Assembly: GCA_964418085.1 (NCBI GenBank)
Contig: CAYQKB010000002.1
Span: 1 to 45,329 of the forward strand
From: an uncultured Candidatus Saccharibacteria bacterium
GTDB taxonomy: Bacteria > Patescibacteriota > Minisyncoccia > UBA6257 > 2-01-FULL-56-20
Reading direction: 5' to 3'
DNA: 45,329 nucleotides
Shown: piece by piece, positions 26,171 through 35,931 of the stretch
How positions within the stretch are numbered: the stretch's first letter is position 1
Layout: the number at the start of each line of letters is the position of its first letter
Notes under the pieces: model-generated
Told to the model about the DNA's origin: nothing
The model's input: the letters and a program-made list of their open reading frames with translations, nothing else
Databases searched by the model: none
Position numbers and translations under genes: made by a program

Positions 26171-26182
26171 AAAGGGCTAGAT

Positions 26183-26701
26183 ATGACAAGCGACGACGAT
26201 GATAACGACAGTGACGCTAAGCAGAATCGGCAGGAGCGGCAGGAAAACTGGCGGACAGAATATCGAACAGTTACACTAGGCTGGAGATTTTTCGCAAGTT
26301 TGCGATTCATTGTTGCGGCATTTGCTGTGACATTACAGTCTGCACTGATAACTCTGTATAATCAGACCGCAAAAGTTGGTGGCGGCGGAGATAGGTGGCT
26401 TGGAATGAATGCTATTACAATCGCAGTTATGGGGTTGTATACAATCCTTGCCATTTTATTTATAGAATGGAGAACGGTGAGTCTTCTGCGAGAAGTGATG
26501 AGGCGAGGAGTTGAGCTGGAGTTTCATCTCGGTGCGACCGAGGGTTTCTTCCATCGGCTTTCGGATCCAAAGTTGGTAAGACCAAAGGGAATAAGGCGGG
26601 CCATAACTCATACAGGAGGACTCACGCTGGTTTATATGAGCATTTTCTTGTTGTGGTTTTACCTTTTTGGGGACAACCTCATCAAATTTCTTCAACCATG
26701 A
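26183..26701 (+). CDS. hypothetical membrane protein (acidic N-terminus, 3-4 TM)
   Basis: 172-aa ORF with hydrophobic segments FIVAAFAVTLQSALITL, ITIAVMGLYTILAILFI and LTLVYMSIFLLWFYLF. Confidence 0.5.
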   Translation: MTSDDDDNDSDAKQNRQERQENWRTEYRTVTLGWRFFASLRFIVAAFAVTLQSALITLYNQTAKVGGGGDRWLGMNAITIAVMGLYTILAILFIEWRTVSLLREVMRRGVELEFHLGATEGFFHRLSDPKLVRPKGIRRAITHTGGLTLVYMSIFLLWFYLFGDNLIKFLQP

Positions 26702-26716
26702 ACGAAAGGAAAAATT

Positions 26717-26905
26717 ATGGAAAAATTGTCTAAATCTGCGGAAGAAAAACTTCAGGAGGAACTGTCTGAAAGGTTTCCGACCCGCGAGGAAGAAGAGCGA
26801 GAACAATTAATTCAAGCCATAATAGGTGTTGTTTTGATTGTGATTGCTACGGCCCTCGTTGTAGCCAATCTTGTTCTAATGCACCTCAAGGGACATCCAC
26901 ATTAA
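26717..26905 (+). CDS. small hypothetical protein with a C-terminal TM helix
   Basis: 62-aa ORF with a charged N-terminal half followed by IIGVVLIVIATALVVANLVLM. A GAAAGGA SD lies upstream. Confidence 0.4.
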   Translation: MEKLSKSAEEKLQEELSERFPTREEEEREQLIQAIIGVVLIVIATALVVANLVLMHLKGHPH

Positions 26906-26925
26906 TCTCGAAGTTTTTTTCACGA

Positions 26926-26958
26926 CGGCGCGCGCCACAAAGCGACGCGCCGTTTTCA
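26926..26958 (+). terminator. rho-independent terminator
   Basis: CGGCGCG-CGCCACAAAGCGA-CGCGCCG followed by TTTTC, 20 nt after the stop at 26905. Confidence 0.5.
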
Positions 26959-27055
26959 ATGTTTGAGCTCATGATATTTTTTGACATCGTATGTCATGCC
27001 CATATATCATGTGCGTAGCTGTTTGGAACAAGAAGAATGACGTGGGGCTTCTTTT

Positions 27056-28120
27056 TTAAAGTGCTTTATGCTTTTTCAAAGCTAGTTGAACTTGTGTATC
27101 CAAAAATTCAGAGAAACTTAGTCCGGCCGCACGGGCTTCTTTCGGGGAAAGACTGTTTTCAGTGAGCCCCGGGATTGTATTGATTTCCAAAAAATAGATT
27201 GCGCCGTTGGGGACAAGAATAAAATCCGAGCGCGTAAGTCCATCGCAGCCCAAAAGCGCGTGCGCCTTTTTCGAAAGTTCCTGAATTTTTCTGGTAACTG
27301 CGTTTGGAATAAGCGCAGGGCAAATTTCGCGGGTTTCGGGAGAATATTTCGCTTCGTAGTCAAAAAAAGTTCTGCCTTTCGGGATTATTTCAACAATCGG
27401 GAGGGCGATAAGCTCGGTTTGGTTTGTATTTCCCAAAACGGCGCAGGTGAGCTCGCGTCCTTTGATATATTTCTGAATCAAAATGAGAGCATCCTCGCTC
27501 GCCGCCCTTTTGAGTGCGAGCGGAAGATATTTTTTACTTTTGACGATCGAGGTGCCGATGCTCGAGCCGGATTCATTCGGCTTCACGACGCAGGGATAGC
27601 CGATTATTTTTTCTATTTCGGCTTGCGTGGCTTTTGAGCTGGCATTTGCGGAGCGTACAATGAGCGATTTCGGCACCGTGATGCCGGCATTTTCCGCCAT
27701 CTCAATGGTTTTTATTTTATTCATAGCAAGCGCACTCGCGAGTACGCCGGAGCCGGTGTAGGGGATACCAAGTATTTCAAGGAGTGCCTGCACTTTACCG
27801 TCCTCTCCAAATTTGCCGTGCATTCCGATGAATGCTACATCAAATTCATTAAATCGTTCGCGCGTGAGCGGCAGGAGCTCGCTTTTTAATACCAATGCTT
27901 TTGTCGGTATTTTTTTACCTTTTTCGGCCATGAGCTGGTTCATTTTTCTTTGAGGTTCGAGAAGCCATTGCCCATCTTTCGATATCTCGATACGAGAGAT
28001 GAGATATTTGTCTGCCGGAAGATTTCGCGCGATCTGCTCTCCGCTTTTAAGCGAGACATCTCGCTCGCTTGATGGCCCTCCGCATATAACCGCCACACGG
28101 ATTTTTTTCTTTTTATTCAT
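27056..28120 (-). CDS. ddl: D-alanine--D-alanine ligase
   Basis: 354-aa ORF. IRVAVICGGPSSERDVS and HGKFGEDGKVQALLEILGIPYTGSGVLASALAMNK, with an ATP-grasp C-terminal half. Confidence 0.9.
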   Translation of the reverse strand: MNKKKKIRVAVICGGPSSERDVSLKSGEQIARNLPADKYLISRIEISKDGQWLLEPQRKMNQLMAEKGKKIPTKALVLKSELLPLTRERFNEFDVAFIGMHGKFGEDGKVQALLEILGIPYTGSGVLASALAMNKIKTIEMAENAGITVPKSLIVRSANASSKATQAEIEKIIGYPCVVKPNESGSSIGTSIVKSKKYLPLALKRAASEDALILIQKYIKGRELTCAVLGNTNQTELIALPIVEIIPKGRTFFDYEAKYSPETREICPALIPNAVTRKIQELSKKAHALLGCDGLTRSDFILVPNGAIYFLEINTIPGLTENSLSPKEARAAGLSFSEFLDTQVQLALKKHKAL

Positions 28121-28226
28121 ATTAAGTGATATTTTTCATTTTTATTTCAATTTGATGGAGGGTTTTCAACAAAGTCGGGCAGGTTTCCATTATTCATTAT
28201 TCTAAATTCTATATTCATCCCCTTAT

Positions 28227-28235
28227 TGCTATAAT
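28227..28235 (+). promoter_or_regulatory. extended -10 element TGCTATAAT
   Basis: TG-n-TATAAT lies 36 nt upstream of the ATG at 28271, in the divergent ddl/ATPase spacer. Confidence 0.3.
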
Positions 28236-28270
28236 ATATCCATACACAAATAAATTAAAGCAACCTCCGC

Positions 28271-30616
28271 ATGGCACTTTTTTATTTTTTAATCATCCTC
28301 GCGTTTTCGACCATTGCCGGACTCTTGATTTATTTTAGTGGGCGCAAGGCAATACGTCGTAGAAAAGAAGATCTTTCGAAGGCCGTACTGCTTCGCATAC
28401 AGGTTCCACGGCACGAAACCGGAAAACTGGATTTTAAAAGCGAAGCAAAAAAATTTGAAGCACTTCTGAAGCGTTTGGCTTCATTCAATCGCGTCTGTTC
28501 GCTTGAGGTATTTGTGGAGCACATCGGCGGGGATATTCACTTCCTTCTATGGGTGCCAAGGGCATTTATCGGCGGTGTTCGCGAGGAAGTATATCGTTTA
28601 TGGCATGGGGCAAAAGTCAGCGTGGTTCATTCCGCTCCGGTGATTTTCGGAAGCCGCAGCGTTTCAATTTGCGGTCATATTGAGCAGAAGAAGGATCACG
28701 CGCTTTCCGTAAAGACGCATAAAGTTTTGGAAGCCGATCCATTTGCTTCGATTTTAAAAACACTGTCGCGCATCGAAAAGATCGGTGAAGGGGCGGGCAT
28801 GCAGCTATTGCTCCGTCCCGTTTCCGACCGTCACAAAAGAAGTATTGCTCAGTCTCTTACGTCAATGATGCGGGGAGAGTTGGGCGAGATAGTCGCAAGA
28901 AATAAATTGATCTCTAAGGAGGGTATTAATATCCCGAGTGTGGGCGTAGAGATTGAGGAAAAAAAGAAGCGCGAAAAGATTAAGAAAGATGTTTTCAACT
29001 TTGCATGGAATAAGATTTCCCAGCCGCTTTTTGTCGCAAATGTCCGGATATGTGTTTCTGCAGGCGCGAAATTTCGGGCGGAAGAAATTTTGGATGAGAT
29101 TGTGTCAAGCTTTAGCCATTTCGACGATCCGCATCACAATGAATTCAGATTTGTGAAAGAGAGAAATTCAGAAAAGAGTATCGGCGATTTTATCGCGCGC
29201 CGCTGGAACGATGCCGAGACGATTGTTCTTTCGGGCGAAGAAATAGCGAGCTTCTGCCACTTTGCGTCGCCTCCGGAGGGCGGCATGAGTCTGTCCTGGC
29301 TCGGGGTGCGTCAAATTCCTTCTTCAGGCGCTTCATCGAGAGGAGCTCACATTGGTGAGAATGAATTTGAAGGAGCATCGAGACAGATTTTTTTGAGAGA
29401 AGAAGATAAGCAGAAGCATGTATTTATTGCAGGAGTTGATGGCACAGGAAAGTCCACGCTTATTGGGACTATGATGATGGACGACATTAATCACGGCAGG
29501 GGCGCGGCGCTGATTGATCCAGTGGGGCATCTTGCGGAGCGATTACTTGGCAAGATTCCGCCAATGCGCAGGAAAGATGTTATCTATCTCGATGTGGCCG
29601 ATAACGCCCGTCCACCGGGAATTACTCTCTTCGATGAAGGGATTACGCATGAGGAAAAAGTTTTTATGGCCGAAGAGCTATGCGAGATTACAAAGAAATT
29701 TTTCACTCTTGAGACGAGGGGCCCGCTCTTCGATGCATATATTCGAAACAGTTTTTTGCTTCTCGCGGAAAATGTGGCCCATGGTGCGAATTTCTTTGAC
29801 CTCCCAAGAATTCTTCTTGAAAAAAGATATCGGGCACTTCTTCTCTCGCGGGCGAAAGATGTCGGGCGTATCCGGTTTTGGAACGATGAAGCGAGAAGCG
29901 AATCTGGCGAGACTGCACTTGCAGGCATTGCGCCATATATCCTCTCGCGGTTTGAAAAATTTGTTGCGTCCGATTTTCTGCGATATGTGTTCGCACACCC
30001 GGGTGGGGCAGTGAATATCAGGCGCGCCGTCTCGGAAAATAAAATTATTTTGGTGAATCTTCGCGAGAAAGTTCTGGGTCGCCACGAGAGCGAGCTTCTG
30101 GGAATGGTTTTAGCTGGTAAAATATATGCCGCCGCATTTTCCCGATCTGCTGCAGTCGAGACAAAGAAAAACTATAATCTGTATCTCGATGATTTCGGGG
30201 GTTGTATCACAAATTCCTTTTCTTCAATCATATCCGGGGATCAGAATGTTTCTTTGAATATTGTTTTGGCAACAAAATCAATTGGAGAACTTCCCGAAAA
30301 AGTGAGGAATAGTATTTTTAAGAGCCATGTTTCAAGGATAATATTTCGAGTGACTGGACAAGACGCGGAATACTGCGCTTCCGAGCTCGGGTCGGCTGCG
30401 ACTCGGCACGATTTAATAAATATCCCTAATTTTGAAGCATGTGTGAAAGTGTCCGCTCACGGAGGACATTCCAAGCCCTATACTATAAGGATGAAAGGGG
30501 ACTCAGGTATGGGAAGTACGGAGGTTGCTCATGCACTTAAAGAACATTCGCGCGTGGCATATGGAAGAGATGTTCGCGAATTGGAAAAAGAAATCCGCCG
30601 GAAGACGGCAGAATAG
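28271..30616 (+). CDS. membrane-anchored P-loop ATPase, VirD4/TraD (coupling-protein)-like
   Basis: 781-aa ORF with an N-terminal TM segment (FYFLIILAFSTIAGLLIYF) followed by an unassigned domain of about 340 aa. Then HVFIAGVDGTGKSTLIGTMM (Walker A), ALIDPVGHL, DVIYLDVAD, and a Walker-B-like NLYLDDFG. Confidence 0.6.
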   Translation: MALFYFLIILAFSTIAGLLIYFSGRKAIRRRKEDLSKAVLLRIQVPRHETGKLDFKSEAKKFEALLKRLASFNRVCSLEVFVEHIGGDIHFLLWVPRAFIGGVREEVYRLWHGAKVSVVHSAPVIFGSRSVSICGHIEQKKDHALSVKTHKVLEADPFASILKTLSRIEKIGEGAGMQLLLRPVSDRHKRSIAQSLTSMMRGELGEIVARNKLISKEGINIPSVGVEIEEKKKREKIKKDVFNFAWNKISQPLFVANVRICVSAGAKFRAEEILDEIVSSFSHFDDPHHNEFRFVKERNSEKSIGDFIARRWNDAETIVLSGEEIASFCHFASPPEGGMSLSWLGVRQIPSSGASSRGAHIGENEFEGASRQIFLREEDKQKHVFIAGVDGTGKSTLIGTMMMDDINHGRGAALIDPVGHLAERLLGKIPPMRRKDVIYLDVADNARPPGITLFDEGITHEEKVFMAEELCEITKKFFTLETRGPLFDAYIRNSFLLLAENVAHGANFFDLPRILLEKRYRALLLSRAKDVGRIRFWNDEARSESGETALAGIAPYILSRFEKFVASDFLRYVFAHPGGAVNIRRAVSENKIILVNLREKVLGRHESELLGMVLAGKIYAAAFSRSAAVETKKNYNLYLDDFGGCITNSFSSIISGDQNVSLNIVLATKSIGELPEKVRNSIFKSHVSRIIFRVTGQDAEYCASELGSAATRHDLINIPNFEACVKVSAHGGHSKPYTIRMKGDSGMGSTEVAHALKEHSRVAYGRDVRELEKEIRRKTAE

Positions 30617-30641
30617 TTTCTAGGATTTTTTCGGACACACT

Positions 30642-32045
30642 CTATCCGAGTTTTTTGGTACGCATAAAAATAGCGAGTCCCTTAAACCATATCCGTGCGG
30701 CTTTAACCGGAGACATTATTGAGAGAAGATAGTTGAGTTCCACGAGGCCTTTCAAAATCCAGCCAAAAATGCCGGAGATAATTATCGGTCCGACTTTTGC
30801 CACCGCGTATTTTCCGCCAACTGGAACGACGTAGGCATACTTTTTAGGTACGTATGTCTTCGGTTTTAAGTTGTAAGTTGAAATTTCCAATTTTTTTATC
30901 TCTTCAATAATATTCCACGCGACCACGTTTCCTTGGGATATCGCCGCTCGCGCGACGCCCGGAATCGGCCGCTTCGTCACCGGATCATAAAAGCAAATGC
31001 TGTCACCAAGGCCATACACGTGCATGGCGAAGTTCAAATTTGGAGTTTGCGGAAGACACTTCATTCCGTCTCCGACAATCGCCCGGTTTCGCTCCTCTGT
31101 TTTTACTGAAGCATTAAGAAGGAGCTCGGGTGCTTTCACTCCGCCTGCCCAGACAAGAACGTCAAACGGCATCGTGTCTCCGGTGTCGAAAACAACGGCC
31201 TTTTTTTTGGCACACGCAATCTTCTTTTCCGTAACGACGCGCACATTTAAATAGTTCAGTCGGCGCGTCGCAAGAGCGATAACGCGTTCGTCGAGCCCGG
31301 GGAGTATTGTTTTCGCCCCCTCGATAAGCGTGACATCAATCCGACAGCCTTTGAATTCTTTTTCGATTTCTTCGCACCAATTTTTAAATTCTGAAGCAAG
31401 TTCAACTCCCGTTGGCCCCGCCCCGCCAATGACGATTTTCACCCTCCCACCTTCTCGGAATACCTTGTGGTTTTGCCCAAAAGGTGAACGGGATAGAAGT
31501 CCAATTTTTTCCAGGGAGTGATTACCGTGCGAGAAGGTGGGAGGGTTTACCTCGGCGGTTTTTTGGGAGGCGCAGTCAGAAACTGCATCGCGTATTCGTA
31601 TTGCATCGGCGAATGTTTTGAAGGGGAGCGAATATTTCTCGAGTCCCGGTATGCCAAAATAGTTTGTTTCGGATCCGAGTGCGAGGACAATAAACTGGCA
31701 TACTATGGTTTCTCCGTCCATAAAGTAGACACGCCCCTCCATCGGTTCAATACACTCAATTTTTTTATGAATAAATTGAATATTTGTTCCGTCAATAATG
31801 GATCGTATATCGTATGCCGCAACGGCGTGAAGATCTCGCAGGGCAACTGTTTCTTGTGGGGTTGTGGCAACTTCATAGAGAAGCGGAGTATAAGTATGGT
31901 GGTCGTTCCTGTCGACAAGGACGATTTCGTATGTATCGGAAAGCGTGAGGGCGCGAAGATTTTTTGAAAGCACTTGTGCCGCCCGCAAGCCTCCGAAGCC
32001 CGCTCCGAGAATCACAATTTTTTTAGACAGGGTCTTCGTGTCCAT
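30642..32045 (-). CDS. ndh: type II NADH dehydrogenase-like FAD-dependent oxidoreductase
   Basis: KKIVILGAGFGGLRAA and IVIGGAGPTGVELA dinucleotide folds, with a C-terminal amphipathic or membrane tail. Confidence 0.75.
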   Translation of the reverse strand: MDTKTLSKKIVILGAGFGGLRAAQVLSKNLRALTLSDTYEIVLVDRNDHHTYTPLLYEVATTPQETVALRDLHAVAAYDIRSIIDGTNIQFIHKKIECIEPMEGRVYFMDGETIVCQFIVLALGSETNYFGIPGLEKYSLPFKTFADAIRIRDAVSDCASQKTAEVNPPTFSHGNHSLEKIGLLSRSPFGQNHKVFREGGRVKIVIGGAGPTGVELASEFKNWCEEIEKEFKGCRIDVTLIEGAKTILPGLDERVIALATRRLNYLNVRVVTEKKIACAKKKAVVFDTGDTMPFDVLVWAGGVKAPELLLNASVKTEERNRAIVGDGMKCLPQTPNLNFAMHVYGLGDSICFYDPVTKRPIPGVARAAISQGNVVAWNIIEEIKKLEISTYNLKPKTYVPKKYAYVVPVGGKYAVAKVGPIIISGIFGWILKGLVELNYLLSIMSPVKAARIWFKGLAIFMRTKKLG

Positions 32046-32075
32046 AGCTTTAATTATAACGGGCTCTTGGGTATA

Positions 32076-33215
32076 ATGAAAATGGAGATGATTAAATTAC
32101 TAAGCAAAACAAATCCAAAAAGTTTGAAGGGTGTCGCACTCCTTCGTCTCGATTTCAATACCGAAGATGACTGGAGGCTTATTGCAGCGCTCCCAACAGT
32201 TCGTTTCTTGCTACGCACTGCTGAAAAGGTAGTCATCGTAAGCCATAAAGGCAGGCCGCCGGTGCTTAAAACGGGCTTTTCCGGCTCTTTGAGCAGTGCC
32301 CAGAAAAAATTCAGTTTACGTGCCGATGCAACTAAGCTCCAGAGATTAATACAGCGGAGAGTTCGCTTTATTTCGCGGCTCGATTTCGAAGAAGCTAAAA
32401 ACGAAATTGAGAAAGCTCCGCGTGGCGCAATTTTTCTTTTGGAAAACCTCCGTTTTATGAAGGGGGAAGAGGAAAATAATCCGAAATTTGCTCGCACGCT
32501 GGCATCGCTTGCAGATTTTTATGTAAACGATGCTTTTGCCGTCTCGCACCGCGCGAATGCGTCGGTCGTTGCTATCACAATATTTTTGCCGAGTTATGCC
32601 GGCCTCGGGCTTGAAAAAGAGATTGCGTCTCTTTCACAAGTGATGCAGCATCCGGTGCGTCCGCTTGCACTCATTGTCGGCGGCGCCAAGGTGAGCGATA
32701 AGCTCGGCGTTTTGAAACAATTCAAAAACAAGGCAGATCGTATTCTTGTTGGTGGAGCAGCGGCAAACACAATTCTTTTTTTGAAAGGAATGGATATGAA
32801 AGAATCTTTATATGAAAAAGACCCCGCGGAGCTGAGGAGACTCAAAGAAATATTGACTTACAAAAATATGCTTCTGCCAATAGATTTTTCCTGGGGAGGT
32901 GATGCTATTCTCGACATCGGCCCAAAGTCCGCCGCATATTTTGGCAAAATTGTAGGCGCGGCAAAGACGATCATTTGGAGCGGTCCCTTGGGTCAAACGG
33001 GCAAAAAGCCTTTCGATAAAGGCAGTATTGCTATGGCCCGCGCAATAGTCAAAAATAAAAAAGCATTTTCCGTTTCCGGCGGCGGCGAAACGGTGGAATT
33101 TCTAAAACAGCATGGCTTCGACAAAAAATTCAGCTTCATTTCAACCGGCGGCGGAGCGATGCTAGACTTCTTGGCAGGAAAAAAACTCCCGGGGATCGAA
33201 GCATTAAAAAAGTGA
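32076..33215 (+). CDS. pgk: phosphoglycerate kinase
   Basis: LRLDFN, VSHKGRP, FSVSGGGETV and STGGGAMLDFLAGKKLPG. I chose the start at ATG 32076 because the ORF-track start at 31974 would overlap ndh. Confidence 0.9.
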   Translation: MKMEMIKLLSKTNPKSLKGVALLRLDFNTEDDWRLIAALPTVRFLLRTAEKVVIVSHKGRPPVLKTGFSGSLSSAQKKFSLRADATKLQRLIQRRVRFISRLDFEEAKNEIEKAPRGAIFLLENLRFMKGEEENNPKFARTLASLADFYVNDAFAVSHRANASVVAITIFLPSYAGLGLEKEIASLSQVMQHPVRPLALIVGGAKVSDKLGVLKQFKNKADRILVGGAAANTILFLKGMDMKESLYEKDPAELRRLKEILTYKNMLLPIDFSWGGDAILDIGPKSAAYFGKIVGAAKTIIWSGPLGQTGKKPFDKGSIAMARAIVKNKKAFSVSGGGETVEFLKQHGFDKKFSFISTGGGAMLDFLAGKKLPGIEALKK

Positions 33216-33228
33216 TCGAATTTTAATC

Positions 33229-33259
33229 TGTCATTCTCGCGCCCTGCGCGGGAATCCAG
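33229..33259. repeat. MITE-like element, half copy (left arm only), copy 3
   Basis: TGTCATTCTCGCGCCCTGCGCGGGAATCCAG, 12 nt upstream of the ATG at 33271. Confidence 0.65.
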
Positions 33260-33270
33260 AAAATAAAACT

Positions 33271-35044
33271 ATGAATTCCGAAAATAAAATCTGTGAAAAT
33301 TGTAAAGCCCAGTTCATTATCGAGCCGGAAGACTTTGATTTCTACAAGAAGATTTCAGTTCCTCCGCCAACCTGGTGCCCGGAGTGTCGGCTTCAGCGAA
33401 GATTGGCGTGGCGGAATGAAAGAGGGCTGTCAAAGAGAAAATGCAATGCTCCCGGCCATTCGGAGGAAATCATTTCAGTTTATTCTGATCCAAAGCTGTG
33501 CGTGTATGACCCAAAATATTGGTGGAGCGATGCGTGGGACGGAACGCAATTCGGCGAAGAGATTAATTTTTCAAAACCGTTTTTTGCGCAATTCAGAGAG
33601 CTTTTAGAACGGGCGCCACTTCTATCCCTTGTGGATAGTAAATCAACCAATACAAGCTACTGCAATCTCACGGTCGAGCATAAAAATTGTTATCTGGTAA
33701 CCGCCGGATGGAACAACGAAGACTCGTATTACAGCAATCGAATTTCTTTTTGTAAAGATACGCTCGATTCTTATGTGTGCCATAAAACTGAATATGGGTA
33801 TGAAAATATAAACTGCAAAGATTCATATCAGCTTTTTTTCAGCCGCAATTCCGAGGGGTGTAATAACTCCTATTTTTTATATGATTGTCGAGGTTGCTCG
33901 AATTGTGTTTGTTCGACGGGGCTCCGAAGCAAGCAATATTATATTTTTAACCAGCCATATACCAAGGAAGAATATTTCAAAAAGTTGAAGGAGTTGGAAA
34001 TAGAAAGTGCCGCCGGCCTTGAAAAACTAAAGGCGAAGCTCGAGGAAATGTATCTGCAGTCGATACATAAATACGCTCAAATTATTAAGTCTTCCAATGT
34101 GGTGGGGGACAATATTTCGGAGGCCAAAAATTGCTATTGGTGTTTTGATATTGCGGGCGATGCCGAAAATTCAAAATACTGCAATTGGGCCACGTATGGC
34201 CTCAGGGATTGTTACGACTCCGGGCCGGGAGCGGGCGGGAAGTCAGAGCTTACCTATGAAGGAATAAGTATCGGCGTCAATAATGCGCGATGCAGTTTCG
34301 GCACCGCAATTTGGTATTCGCACGATGTCCATTATAGCTATAACTGCCATTCGTCGGAATATCTTTTTGGCTGTGTTTCATTGCGCAATAAAAAGTATTG
34401 CATCTTGAACAAGCAATATACGAAAGACGAATATGAAACATTAGTCCCAAAGATTATCGAACATATGAACAAAAATGCCTTATAGCGATAAACAACGAAG
34501 GATATATGGACATGGAGAACTTACTCCGATTGAGCTGTCGCCATTTCAATATAACGAAACTATTGCTCAAGAATTTTTCCCATTGACCCCAGAGAGAGCG
34601 CGCGCGGAAAATTATCCCTGGTACGAGCAGGAGAAACGAGCATATACAATTACCAAAAAGTCGGAAGAACTTCCGGATAGCATTATGGAAGTAAGCGAAG
34701 AAATCACGAATGAAATTATCGAATGCGCTCACAAAGGAAAATGTAATGATCAATGTGCAACGGCGTTTAAAATAATTCCACAAGAAATTCTTTTTTATAA
34801 AAAGTTTAATCTTCCCTTGCCCCGGCTATGCCCTAACTGTCGTCATGGAATGCGATTAAAATTGAAGAATCCAATGAAGCTCTGGCACCGTGAGTGCATG
34901 TGTGATTACGGAATCCATTCCAATTCCGTAAAGCACGCCCATCATCCGTCGGGCCGCTGTCCGAATGAATTTGAAACGTCCTATTCTCCGGATCGGAAAG
35001 AGATTGTATACTGCGAAGAGTGCTATCAGGCCGAAGTGGCATAA
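33271..35044 (+). pseudogene. cysteine-rich zinc-ribbon protein paralog 3, interrupted by a 1-nt frameshift in an A5 run
   Basis: ORFs 33271-34485 and 34475-35044 together align end to end with paralog 2 (IIEHMNK|MPYSDKQRRIYGHGEL versus IIEHMNTMPYRDAKGRIYTYGEF). Removing one A at 34471-34475 restores a single ORF of about 590 aa. Confidence 0.75.
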
Positions 35045-35058
35045 TCTTAAAAACTAAA

Positions 35059-35931
35059 ATGAAATCTAAAAAAATTCTAGTCATATACCACGGCAATTGC
35101 CCGGACGGATTCGCCGGCGCATGGGCGGCATATAAAAAACTTGGAAACAGAGCCGAGTATGTTGGCGTTGAGGATAGGCGAGTACTGCCCAAAAACGCGA
35201 AAGGGAAAGAAATTTATCTTATTGATTTGGTCTATCCAAAGGAGTTATTAAAAAAACTCATCAAAGAAAATAAGCGCGTAGTGGCGATTGATCACCATAT
35301 CACCGCCAAGGATTCGATGATGCTGGTAAGCGAGGGATTGTTTGCACTTGACCATTCGGGCGCAGTGCTCTCCTGGCTCTATTTCCATCCGCAGAAAAAA
35401 GTTCCACAATTTTTAAGGCACATCGAGGACTTTGACTTGTGGAAGTTTAAACTTGCTGGAACAAAAGAACTGCGGGCGTTTTTGGATTCAAAAACATGGA
35501 GTTTTAAACTTTGCGACGAACTTGCCGGGAATATGGAATCGGTTTCAAAAACAAATGTATATCTAGAAAAAGGAAAAGCGATTCTCGAATATCAGGAAAA
35601 AGTAGTGGAGGATCTCGCTCTAAGGAATTCGGAGTACGTTTCTTTTGCTGGATATAAAACGCTTGTCTTGAATTCGCCCGTGCTTCAGTCGCAGATTGGG
35701 AACGCGCTCACGAAAAAGAAGCCGCCTATCGGTATTGTATGGAACGAACATGATGGAAGAATTTTTGTCTCGCTCCGATCGAATGGAGCTGTGGACGTGT
35801 CTAAAATCGCCCAAAAATTTGGAGGTGGCGGCCATAAAGCCGCTTCAGGATTTTCCTTTGGAACCGGTAAAAAGTTTCCGTGGAAAAGGAATCCTCTGTC
35901 ATCCTTGCGAAAGCGGGGATCCAAAATATAA
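35059..35931 (+). CDS. DHH/DHHA1 family phosphoesterase
   Basis: MKSKKILVIYHGNCPDGFAGAWAA, DHH motif VVAIDHHIT, and DHHA1 motif FGGGGHKAASGF. The start at 35059 is preferred over the ORF-track 35020. Confidence 0.8.
   Translation: MKSKKILVIYHGNCPDGFAGAWAAYKKLGNRAEYVGVEDRRVLPKNAKGKEIYLIDLVYPKELLKKLIKENKRVVAIDHHITAKDSMMLVSEGLFALDHSGAVLSWLYFHPQKKVPQFLRHIEDFDLWKFKLAGTKELRAFLDSKTWSFKLCDELAGNMESVSKTNVYLEKGKAILEYQEKVVEDLALRNSEYVSFAGYKTLVLNSPVLQSQIGNALTKKKPPIGIVWNEHDGRIFVSLRSNGAVDVSKIAQKFGGGGHKAASGFSFGTGKKFPWKRNPLSSLRKRGSKI

Noticed and set aside
31974-32075. Upstream extension of the pgk ORF. Similar extensions occur at 35020-35058 for DHH, 18330-18380 for PBP2, 16961-16990 and 17680-17767.
   Set aside because: The extensions overlap neighbouring genes, repeats or promoter-like sites. 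Internal ATGs give canonical N-termini (MKMEMIKLL, MKSKKILVIYHG, MKKKNIQ, and the signal peptide MKSIITV).
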